Positions 13,563-24,500 of a DNA stretch of 64,000 nt are shown in pieces. The stretch is from Hypanus sabinus. Taxonomy: Eukaryota. A program made the translations under genes and the position numbers. How positions within the stretch are numbered: the first letter of the stretch is position 1; every line of letters starts with the position of its first letter. Where the stretch lies: assembly GCF_030144855.1 (NCBI RefSeq), contig NC_082730.1, positions 13,640,001 through 13,704,000 of the forward strand, read 5' to 3'. The notes under the pieces are model-generated. The model saw nothing but the letters and a program-made list of their open reading frames with translations, was not told the origin of the DNA and searched no databases.

Positions 13563-13613
13563 AGCCCCAGCACTAAGTTTGTCTTTGAAATGCCCCTTTG
13601 AAAGGGTCTAGGC

Positions 13614-16509
13614 CGGGGGTCGGCAACCTGCGGCTCCCGAGCCATTTGTGGCTCTTTCACCTCTGTGCTGCGGCTCCCTGTGGCTTTGGGAAATAATTGG
13701 TCAGTATTTAATTAAAATGTATTTTATGTTAGTTTGTTAGCTTTTGAAATGTAATTCTAAATTTGAAGATTATGGTGATCTTGTACAATCTAAATGTGGC
13801 GACACATTTCCTGGCACATCCGAAACGGCTCACAATTAGCCAGCATTCCGGCTAGGGGAGATAGCCTACGGGGGTTTGTGAGTACGCGTCTTTTGCAGCA
13901 TCTGCGTCCATGGGGGCTGGGTTGAGGGAGGCTTAAAAGCAAGGCTGTTTAGTTCGAATAAAGTTATTTGACTGCAGTTTACTGACTGCGTGAGCACACC
14001 GCTACAACGTGTTTTTATCGCTATTAATATACGTCACCACTGCCAATACCTGACACCCGCCAGTGCGCGCTTTCTTTAATTTTTCGATCCAAGGTAAGCC
14101 AACTATGGAGAATTCTAAAAAAAGAAAAGTGACTGAAGAAAACAGAACGTTTAATGATACGTGGACAGATTCATTTGCTTTCACTGTTGACGAGACTGGT
14201 TTACCGGTATGCTTAATATGCAATGAGAAACTAGCAAACAACAAAAAGTCAAATGTCGCAAGGCATTTCCAGAATAAACACGCAGCCTTTGCTCAAAAAT
14301 ATCCGGATGGAGATGAGAGAAAAAAAGCCGTTTCGGAACTGATGCGGAAGGTTGATCTGAGCAAAAATCATTTCCAGAAATGGATGAAGTCTGGAAAATC
14401 AACGACATACGCCAGTTATATTGCCGCTCAGGAAATAGTCAGGCACGGGAAGCAGTTTACAGATGGTGAATATATAAAAGAATCTTTCATTAAGATTTCA
14501 GAACATCTATTCACGGACTTTAAAAACAAGAGTGAAATTGTGCAGAAAATCAGGGATATGCCCCTCTCTGCAAAGACTGTCAAAGACAGAACCATAAAAA
14601 TGGCAGAAGACATCACAAGACAGCAAATTAAAGACATCAATTCAGCTGTGGCCTACTCGATTGCCTGTGACGAGTCTCAAGACAAAGGTGATATTGAACA
14701 AATAGCGTTGTTCTGCCGGTATGTAAACTCTGCCGGGCCACAGGAAGAACTGATTGAGTTGATACCTCTAAAAGACCAAACACGGGGGGAGGACATCTGT
14801 GAGGCTGTCTTGAATTGTTTAAGAGCCAAAGGAATAAAGACCACCCATCTGGTGTCAGTAGCTACTGATGGGGCACCGAATATGACGGGAATGCACAAGG
14901 GAATTGTGGCTTTACTGCAGAAGTCGCTGGACAGAAAGCTGCTGACTTTTCACTGCATCTTGCACCAAGAGGCACTGTGCGCTCAAACATTTCCTCCGGA
15001 ATGCACAGAAGTAATGGATGTTGTCATTCAGATTGTCAATAAAATAATGGCAAAAAGTTTAAATCACCGTCAATTCCGTTTGTTACTGGACGAGCTGGAA
15101 AGCGCATATTCTGATCTCCTGCTGCACAACAAAGTCCGGTGGCTGTCCAAAGGGGAGGTGCTGAAACACTTTGTCGCGTGTCTGGAAGAAGTGAAAACTT
15201 TCCTGGGCAGCAAAGGGCTCACCTTTCCTGAGCTGGAACAGCCAAAGTGGCTGGAAAAGCTACACTTCATGGTAGACATGACAGCGCACCTGAACACGCT
15301 GAACACAGCTCTTCAGGGGAAAGGACGCACAGCCCTGCACATGTTGGAGGATGTCTTGGCATTCGAGCGCAAGTTGACAGTGCTTGCCAGAGATTTACAG
15401 AAAGGCACTTTGTCTCACTTCCCCAATTTGAGAGAGTTCAAACAAGGTCACGACATGATAATTTCGGAGTATTTACATTCTGCAATCATCGCAATGCAAA
15501 CATCGTTTGGGAAACGCTTCTGTGAGTTCAGAGAGGAAAAAAACACATTATCCTTCCCGGTCACTCCCTTAAGCATCGATCCTTCCCTACTGAATACGAC
15601 TGCATTGGCAGGTGTGAGTCAACCTGATCTTGAGATGGAACTGGCCGACATAGCCGACAAAGACATATGGATGTCCAAGTTTAGACGCTTGACAGCAGAC
15701 TTTGAAGATGTTGCTCGTCAGAAGGCCGTTCTTGCTCAGAATCACAAATGGAGTGATATTGAAAACCTTCCAAAACCGGACAAACTTGTGTTCGAAACAT
15801 GGAATCCTATGCCCGACATTTATGTAAACATGAAAAAGTATGCGCTTGGAGTCCTGTCGATCTTTGGATCCACATATGTATGTGAGCAGGTGTTCTCCAA
15901 CATGAACTTTATTAAAAACAAACATCGCGCACGCCTCACAGATGACAGCTTGCGATCCTGTGCAAAGATGAAGGTGACGTCATACAGCCCTGATGTGCAG
16001 ACGCTGTGCGCTGAGGTCCAGGAGCAGAAATCCCATTAACCAAGTATGATAAATATTTTAATTGCCTATTGTTTTATGTATATTCATATTTTTTCATTGT
16101 TCAGTGAAATAGTCCTTTTATTTTTCAGGCTGACAGCTGGCTGATGTTATTTTTGGTTTGCTGCTGGCGGAAAATTTAAGTTCGGCGTTTTTCATAAATA
16201 CAAGAAGGACTCAAATAGACATTGAGTATTTTACTTAAAAGTAACTTTCAACCCAACGTCTTTTTTTCGGAGTTCAAAATGTTTTTGTTGCATGCAGAAA
16301 AGTAATTTCGTTTTCTCTGCAGGAGTTCATCAATTTCATAAATGCAACACATTATAGTTTGTTTATACATAGCATAAAGGCAAAAAAAACGTTGTATGCA
16401 GTGTTATTTAATTTTAAATGTCAAACGGGTTTTGCGGCTCCCAGTGTTTTCTTTTCTGTGGGAAACGGGTGCAAGTGGCTCTTTCAGTGGTAAAGGTTGC
16501 TGACCCCTG
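13614..16509 (+). mobile_element. Full-length hAT (Buster/Charlie-type) DNA transposon, 2896 bp, in intron 1 of gene A
   Basis: 8-bp TSD GTCTAGGC at 13606-13613 and 16510-16517 (central TA, Buster-type). 15-bp TIRs CGGGGGTCGGCAACC / reverse complement CAGGGGTCAGCAACC (13/15). Subterminal GCGGCTC/GTGGCTC repeats. Empty site at 34405-34412 in the paralog. Confidence 0.95.
14105..16039 (+). CDS. Intact hAT transposase (GTF2IRD2/EPM2AIP1-like), 644 aa from the first ATG
   Basis: Uninterrupted ORF with an N-terminal zinc-finger-like CLIC...RHFQNKH, catalytic motifs IACDES, ATDGAPNM and CEQVFS, HCILH (CxxH) and VRWLS, and a C-terminal dimerization region (KHRARLTDDSL). Confidence 0.93.
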   Translation: MENSKKRKVTEENRTFNDTWTDSFAFTVDETGLPVCLICNEKLANNKKSNVARHFQNKHAAFAQKYPDGDERKKAVSELMRKVDLSKNHFQKWMKSGKSTTYASYIAAQEIVRHGKQFTDGEYIKESFIKISEHLFTDFKNKSEIVQKIRDMPLSAKTVKDRTIKMAEDITRQQIKDINSAVAYSIACDESQDKGDIEQIALFCRYVNSAGPQEELIELIPLKDQTRGEDICEAVLNCLRAKGIKTTHLVSVATDGAPNMTGMHKGIVALLQKSLDRKLLTFHCILHQEALCAQTFPPECTEVMDVVIQIVNKIMAKSLNHRQFRLLLDELESAYSDLLLHNKVRWLSKGEVLKHFVACLEEVKTFLGSKGLTFPELEQPKWLEKLHFMVDMTAHLNTLNTALQGKGRTALHMLEDVLAFERKLTVLARDLQKGTLSHFPNLREFKQGHDMIISEYLHSAIIAMQTSFGKRFCEFREEKNTLSFPVTPLSIDPSLLNTTALAGVSQPDLEMELADIADKDIWMSKFRRLTADFEDVARQKAVLAQNHKWSDIENLPKPDKLVFETWNPMPDIYVNMKKYALGVLSIFGSTYVCEQVFSNMNFIKNKHRARLTDDSLRSCAKMKVTSYSPDVQTLCAEVQEQKSH

Positions 16510-17145
16510 GTCTAGGCAGATACACGTGGCTCATGGCAATAAATTCCCCATTGGACCCTAAACCTCACCAGTGAATGAATTCGACATTTAAATGTATTCT
16601 TTTTCAACGAGACGGCTGGTTTAATAAGGGTGTGGGTGAAGCATATATATGTGAGTCAATAGAGGTAAGAATGTGAAGAAAATGTAAATAAAATGTTGGC
16701 TGTCCTCTGCCCGAGTGTCCTCTGTCACTGACAAAGTCTCTGAAAGCATTTCATCAGATGCACTTTAAATAATGAGAGTTGAAATTTAGAGTGTGTGAAA
16801 CTATTGTTATGATCATGTTCCAAGAATATTGGACTGTTTTAAAAATCTTTTTGTTTTACACACAGAACACTAACATTGCATTGTGGCGTTATTAAATAAT
16901 GCATGATTTTAAATGCCCTTCAGATTCATTCTCAACTGAGTGCCAGATTTACTGCAGCGGCTTTGTGTGTTTTTGCACTACTATCGAAAGAAAAGAAATT
17001 GCAAGACCATTCCCCAGCATTTATCATTAACTGTATTTTCTGCCTTTACAATCTACACATATTCAACCATCTCTGCTGTGCAAATGGTGCACGTGACACA
17101 AGCCAATTCTGATTATCCGAATGTCTAGCTCGGGCGCTCACTCAC

Positions 17146-17182
17146 CAGGCAGCAAACCGATGAGAAGAATCGGAACCCACAT
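17146..17182 (-). CDS. Gene A leader (signal peptide) exon of a CD300/pIgR-like receptor, MWVPILLIGLLP+G
   Basis: ATG at 17182, 12 hydrophobic codons plus 1 nt, donor G|GTGAGT. Phase 1 joins the V exon at 6705 to give MWVPILLIGLLPGALWAKRNVTG. Homologous 37-nt exons occur at 34886-34922 and 43168-43204. Confidence 0.85.
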
Positions 17183-17274
17183 TGTCTTCACACAGATCAA
17201 ACCAGCAATTTGTCTGCCACTCAACTTTTGGTCCTTAGTGTAAAATAACTTTTGAATAGGAGCGTTATGGTGAA

Positions 17275-17335
17275 AATAAATGAGGAAGAAGGCAGTCGGA
17301 AGCCCAATTGTGAAACATAGGGAAGCAAATGATGA
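17275..17335 (-). promoter_or_regulatory. Putative proximal promoter of gene A with ETS/PU.1-like GGAA motifs
   Basis: GAGGAA at 17282-17287 and further GGAA about 100-150 bp upstream of the ATG; motif shared with genes C and D. Confidence 0.4.
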
Positions 17336-20300
17336 AATATGTTTATTAAGAAATTGAAATTTTCTCTGTACAATTATGGAATAACTTTATTTTCAATGAA
17401 TGGTGAGCATGATGGAGGGATTAAAAATCGTATAGCAACTTAAGTGAGAGGATTAAAATAAATGGTGAGGTGATGATAAAAAAAGTACAGTTTACAGTTT
17501 GAGGGGAAACACCCCTCTCCATGCAATCACTTCTCCAAGAGGATCACAACTTTGCTAGGGTTTGGAGGCTTGCGTGCCTCAATGACCCGGAGAGCTGTGA
17601 TGGCTGAAGTCAGTGAGTTATGCTTTGGCTCTTGGTAGGGTTACAGATGACATACAGGTCATAGGGTAGAGGCCAGACTAAGTGCGCTCCACTGGTCCCT
17701 CACGTTCAAGGGTCCAGCTCAGGACCAGCAATCCTGATTGGTAAATCAAAACTGTTACAGAAACAGCAATGAAGAAGCCTTCCATATTCATGTGTGATGG
17801 TATTCCTGAGTCTCCACTTGGGACTTGCATGACTGACAGTAGTGAAAACCAAGATACTGAATTGATGAAGACGCTGCCAGATGGAAAACCTTCATTGCTG
17901 CCCTAAATGCCAGTGGCATAATGGGCAGTACATAGAGATGATCTTTGCTCAGACCCTCATTGAATGGTGAGTGTGCTGAAAAAATAATAAAAAAGCACTT
18001 AAAATAGCAACTTAAGTGAAAGGATTAAAATAAATTGTGAGGTGATGATAAAAAAATAACAGTGTTAAGATTGAGGGGTTCTCTCCTCTCGCTATACACC
18101 TACTGCTGTCTGAGGCATGGGAATGTCATTGCGAGAGAGAGTTATTGCAGAACCTGTTCAGAGTGTTAGGAGGAGGTTCCCCTTCTCTTTGCCTTTTCCC
18201 ACAGTGTTCATCACTGTCTGCTATAAAGAAGATGAAACACTTACAATGTGTACCACTTTCATAGTGTCTATTGTCTGTTGTCCACAGCAGATTGGATGAT
18301 TGGATCTGAGTTGTCTCCTTGGGCACAACCTAAAATTATCTCAATTCAAAGGAAAAAACATTAAGAGGAAATTTCTGGATGATGACATTTCATCTCTATT
18401 TTTCTGATGGAAGCTGATTGCTATGAAAGATTAATTGTTTCTTCCTGCAAAATTTACTGTCAGTGGATTGCAGCAGGATTATCCAAGTGTCTGCATGCCA
18501 GATGTTATCCACGAATTAATTATCATGTTCACAAAACTGATTAATTGAGGCATATATCAACAACATCAATGATACAAGAAACATTTTAATTGATCAAATT
18601 TCAAATTAGTAACAGCAAAAAAAGTATTACAATTGAGGATTAATATTCTATGCAGTAACGAGTGCCTGAAGTGAAATCTAATATGTTGGATAAAGATCGT
18701 TCTCATGAATCAGTTATTGGACAATACTCTCCACTACTTTTGGCCGCTATGTTCATTCCACAGTCCCAATTAAAGGGACATACTTCCTTAATGACCCTCA
18801 ATTCTAAGTTTCAAAGTACATTTATTATCAAAGTAGGTATTTCATTATATGAATCTGTAAGGAGATTCATTTCCTTACAGGCAGTAACATATAAAAAGAA
18901 ATTCAAATGAACCCATTAAAAATTGAAGACTATCGAACACTCACTATGCACAGAAAACAAAAAAATTCATGCAAACAATAAAACTAAGCAGAGAGCAGAA
19001 CTGTAGTTTGAGAAGTGAGTCCATACAGAGACATGAAGCCACAGCCTCGGTTCAGCAAAGAGCTGAGTAAACGTCACAGAGAAGCGAGGTCAACCGACTC
19101 ATTCCTCACCTCCGGCCCTACGCCCTGACATTTTCAGTCATGTCCGGCCCTTGTATTAATGGAGTTCCGTCTTAGCCTTGCCTTTCCTAGAGATAAGAGT
19201 CACAGCTTGCTATGTTTTCTGGGTGGTTATACTGACCCTGACTATAGTGCCTTTTCTGACCAGCATTAGCCAGCAGTATTACTTTTGAACATTTCAGTAT
19301 TTATTCCAGCTATTTGTTTCCAGCAATTGGCTGACCATCATTGACAAAATTTTGGTTGTGTAGTTCTAATATTCTAATGAATTAATCAAACATATGCAAA
19401 TACACAAATTATGAGGATAGGGAATGGGCAAAAGCTGAGTTATTGCTAATATTTCATGTCTTCTATGAGCTAGGCATTGTTTTGGTTTTAACTTCTTTTG
19501 CATTAAGTCATTGGCTTAATGTCAGAAGGCAATCATGGAGAACTGTTTAACAAAATGTGTGCAAAGCAAGATGAATGATGAATATTTAATCTCAAAGTTC
19601 CATTATAGGGAGTCTGGTAGTCTTCTCTTCACCTCACGGGCCAAGTTGCGTAGGCGATACTTCAGGTTTCAGACTGATGTATAAAAATCTGTTTTTATAA
19701 AAATCATTTATAAAAATGCCTGACTTCCCTTGGACACTTGCAGCAGAATTCCATGTGAAACAGGGTCAAGGACTCCAGCACCATTCACAGCAATGCCACA
19801 GCAGCATCATGGCATTGATGTGAAGCTATTACAGCTTGTGATGTTCTGGAGTTTGGAATTGAATTTCTGCGCTGGCTGTCAGGAGTCTTCGTGTGCGGAT
19901 TTTGTTCCTGTTCTCCAGTTTCCTCCCACAATCCAAAGGCACACCAGGTAGATTAATTTGGCATTGAAATTTGTCTTGTGGTTAGGTTAGGGTTAATCAG
20001 GGGTTGCCGGATTGGCGAGGCTTGAGAGGCTGGGAGGGCCTTCTTCATGCTGTATCAGTATTTCACTGATCTCCAAAAACCTACCTTAGTTTCCCTCATG
20101 AAGCAATTGATTGAGATACCCCAGATCCCCAGCAAAGCAAAGAGCAGCCAACGCCCCACACTCCATACTGAGCAAAGTGGAAGAGACATAGAATCAGTGG
20201 GAGGAAATGAGACAGCTTTGTGGTTGAAACATTTACTTCTTTATTCCTTTGTATTCTTAGTGGAGTGGCGCAAGGTAAACAGCAGAGCCAAAGGAGTTCA

Positions 20301-21032
20301 TCAGGCTGAGTGAATTAGTGTTGGACTGAGGGACTGAGGGAAACTGGTAAATATAGGAGTAGGGGAATTAATTCAAGAATGGATAAAAGAGTCAGTCACA
20401 GCAGAAGAGGTAACAAGGGAGGTTTTGCAAAATTGCATCAAGTTATTTCACAAGGGCATGTGTGAAGAGCAAAGGTAGAGGAATAATAGTGAAAATGTTC
20501 TATTGCATTTTAAAACAAGAATGGAGAAGGATACAAGTAAAAAGGAAAGTCATATTTGGGCTGTGAGTAGATATTTGGAAGTCATGGTGGGCAAGGAACA
20601 CAGAGACCTCAGAGAAAGTATGAGATGTAAGGGTGCAGAATATTAGGATACCATGAACAGACTTGGTCTCCTTGCTCCTGAACGGTGGCCACAAAGAAGA
20701 ATTGGATATAATGAAATGATTTGACAGAGTAGGCATAAGAAGAGAAAAGGAGCAGAAAGAAACCACCCAGCCGCTCAGACTTGCCTGCGATAGAACCGGA
20801 TTAAGGTCAAGCCTCCTCTCCATATCTGTGCCAGATGCCCTTAGCAATCAATTGCTTGATACTATCTATTTTCTCTTTACATATTGATAAATATGTAACA
20901 TCCATCAACTCACATTTCTAGCTAAACCACATTTGTCAACTTTTTACCCATCTGTAAATGTCTACAGATGTATCATGGAGAACATTCTAACTGGCTACAT
21001 CAATATCTGGTATGGATGGGCCACTGGGCTGG

Positions 21033-21567
21033 TGTAACCCCTTGGGTCACCACAGGCTCGCTCAGCTCGTTCTCGTCAAAGAAAAGGCGCCAAACTTATT
21101 GAAGTCCAAACCACTCCGTGCACAACCATTGGAGTTCAATTACTGAAGTCTTCTGGCCACCATTCGATCCCCTCCGAACTCCTCGACTCGCAGCTCAGGA
21201 CCACCCAAAGTGGTCAACCAAGCACATCTATCTTTGTCTCCTCTCCTCGGGGTACCTCCAGGCCTTGGACCCCCATTTGGGGTCAGTTCCTCACCTAGTT
21301 TACAGCATCGCGTCCTCTCTCTCTCACTCCCTCACGCCAATCTCCCCAAAAGCCCGCCAACAATAGCTCACAGACTCAGAAGAAAGAACAACATTAATCC
21401 CAATTGGTTTACAAAGGAATATAATTCTCGTTATCAGTAAATTTTAACCCAAATAAGCTTCCAGCAATCTCTCGCAGCAAAAAAGTATTCCTACTTTTAA
21501 CAAAACAAAGAAGCCATTTTGATTACCATACGCAGTAACAAAGAAAAAGAAGACACTCCCCTTTACA
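21033..21567. mobile_element. Solo LTR (535 bp) with 4-bp TSD CTGG inserted in a Rex1-type fragment
   Basis: TGTAACC...TTTACA with CTGG on both sides. The paralogous site at about 24645-24665 is empty; a truncated copy lies at 2606-2846. Confidence 0.8.
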
Positions 21568-24500
21568 CTGGATTTGAAAAAACTGCAAAAGGTTGCAAAC
21601 GTACGTGATTCCATCATGGGCACTAGCCACCCCAACACTGAGATCATCTTCAAAAGGCAATGCCTCAAAAAGGCAGCATTCATTCTTAAGGACCCCACCA
21701 CCCAGGATATACACTCTGCTCATTGCTCTCTTTAAGTGAAAAACCTTCATCTATTATCCCCCTTGAACTTCCCTCCCCTTACCTTAAAGCCACGTCCTCT
21801 TGTACTGAACAGTGGTGCCCTGGGGAAGAGGCGCTGGCTGTCCACTCTGTCTATTTCTTTTAATATCTTGTACACCTCTATCATGTCTCCTCTCATCCTC
21901 CTTCTCTCCAAAGAGTAAAGCCCTAGCTCCCTTGTTTGTGTGTATGTGTTTTTTCTGAGTGCTCTGGTTTCCTCCCACAGGCCAAAAAACTTGACCAGTT
22001 ATTAGGTGAATTAGTCATTGTAAATTGTCCTGTATCAGGCTAGAGTTAAATTGGGGGTTAAGTTGTTTGATTGGAAAGGCCTGTTCTGTGCTCTACCTCA
22101 AAATAAATAAATATAAGGAATGTAAAAGGTCATATCGCAATATCTCATTAAATTTCTCATTGCCAGGGTCTTTAAAATACATTAAGATCACAAGATCACA
22201 AGACAAAGAGGCAGAAGTAGGCCATTTGGCCCATTGAGTCTCCTCTGCCACTCCACCATGAGCTAAACTATTCTCCCTTCTAGTTCCAATTTCTGGCTTC
22301 TTCCCCATATCCCTTGATACCCTGACTAATTAGATACCTATCAATCTCCTCCTTAAACACCCTCAATGATTGGGCCTCCACAGATGTGTGTGGCAACGAA
22401 TTCCAGAAATCCACAACCCTCTGGCTAAAAAAAATTCTTCTCATCTCTGATTTAAATGGGTACCCTCTAATTCTAAAACTAGGAACTTTCTGGATGAAGA
22501 TGATTCATCTCTATTTTTCTGATGGAAGCTGATTGCTGTGAAAGATTAATTGTTTCTTCCTGCAAAATTTACTGTCAGTGGATTGCAGCAGGAATATCCA
22601 AGTGTCTGCATGCAGGTTGTTATCCACGAACTAATTATCATGTTCACAAAACTGATTAATTGAGGCATATATCAACAACATCAATGATACAAGAAACATT
22701 TTAATTGATCAAATTTCAAATTAGTAACAGCAAAAAAAGTATTACAATAGAGGATTAATATTCTATGCAGTAACGAGTGCCTGAAGTGAAATCTAATATG
22801 TTGGATAAAGGTCGTTCTCATGAATCAGTTATTGGACAATACTCTCCACTACTTTTGGCCACTATGTTCATTCCACAGTCCCAACTGAAGGGACATACTT
22901 CCTTAATGACCCTCAATTCTAAGTTTCAACGTACACCTAGATATACATTATATGACCTTGAGATTCATTTCGTTACAGGCAGTCACATATCAAAGAAATT
23001 CAAATGACACAATTGAAAATTGAAGACTATCAAACACTCAATATGCACAGAAAACAAAAAAATCATGCAAACAGTAAATCTAAGCAGAGAGCATTCAGAA
23101 CTGTAGTTTGAGAAGTGAGTCCGTACATTGAGATGAAGCCACAGCCTCGGTTCAGCAAAGAGCAGAGTAAATGTCACAGAGAAGCGAGGTGAACCAACTC
23201 ATTCCTCACCTCCGGCCCTACACCCTGACATTTTCAGTCATGTCCGGCCCTTGTATTAATGGAGTTCCGTCTTAGCCTTGCCTTTTCTAGAGATAAGAGT
23301 CACAGCTTGCTATGTTTTCTGGGTGGTTATACTGACCCTGACTATAGTGCCTTTTCTGACCAGCACTACCCAGCAGTATTACTTTTGAACATTTCAGTGT
23401 TTATTCCAGCTATTTGTTTCCAGCAATTGGCTGACCATTATTGACAAAATTGTGGTTGTGTAGTTCTAATATTCTAATGAATTAATCAAATATATGCAAA
23501 TACACACATTATGAGGATAAGAGATGGGCAAAAGCTGAGTCATTGCTAAGATTTCATGTCTTCTATGAGCTAGGCATTGTGTTGGTTTTAACCTCTTTTG
23601 CATTAAGTCTTTGGCTTAAGCTCAGAAGGCAATCATGGAGAACAGTTTAAAAAACGTGTGCAAAGCAAGATGAATGATGAATATTTAATCTCAAAGTTCC
23701 ATTATAGGGAGTCCGGTAGTCTTCTCTTCACCTCACGGGCCAAGTTGTGTAGGCGATACTTCAGGTTTCTGCAAAAGGCAATGGTGAGTTTATCAGACTG
23801 ATTGGCTATGAAAACTTTGCCTGACTTCCCTTGAACACTTGCAGCAGAATTCCATGTGAAACAGGGTTAAGGACTCCAGCACCATTCACAGCAATGCCAC
23901 AGCAGCATCATGGCATTGATGTGAAGCTATTACAGCTTGTGATGTTCTGGAGTTTGGAATTGAATGTCTGCGCTGGCTGTCAGGAGTCTTCGTGTGCGGA
24001 TTTTGTCCGCGTTCTCCAGTTTCCTCCCACAGTCCAAAGGCACACTAGGTAGATTAATTGGGCATTGAAATTTGTCTTGTGATTAGGTTAGGGTTAATCT
24101 GGGGTTGCCGGGTTGGCGTGGCTTGAAAGGCCATTCCCTTCTCCATGCTGTATCAGTATTTCACTGATCTCCAAAAACCTACCTTAGTTTCCCTCATGAA
24201 GCAATTGATTGAGATACTCCAGATCCCCAGCAGAGCAATGTGCAGCCAATGCCCCACACTCCATACTGAACAAAGTGAAAGAGACATAGAATCAGTAGAA
24301 GGAAATGAGACAGCGTTGTGGTTGAAACATTTACTTCCTCATTCCTCTGTATTCTTAGTGGAGTGGCACAAGGTAAACCGCAGAGCCAAAGGAGTTCATC
24401 AGGCTGGGTGATTTAGTGTTGGACTGAGGGACTGAGGGAAACTGGTAAATATTGGAGTAAGGGAATTAATTCCAGAATGGATAAAATACTCAGTGACAGC

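Noticed and set aside
14063-14104. GTG-initiated N-terminal extension of the transposase ORF
   Set aside because: The first ATG at 14105 (MENSKKRK) is the more plausible eukaryotic start.
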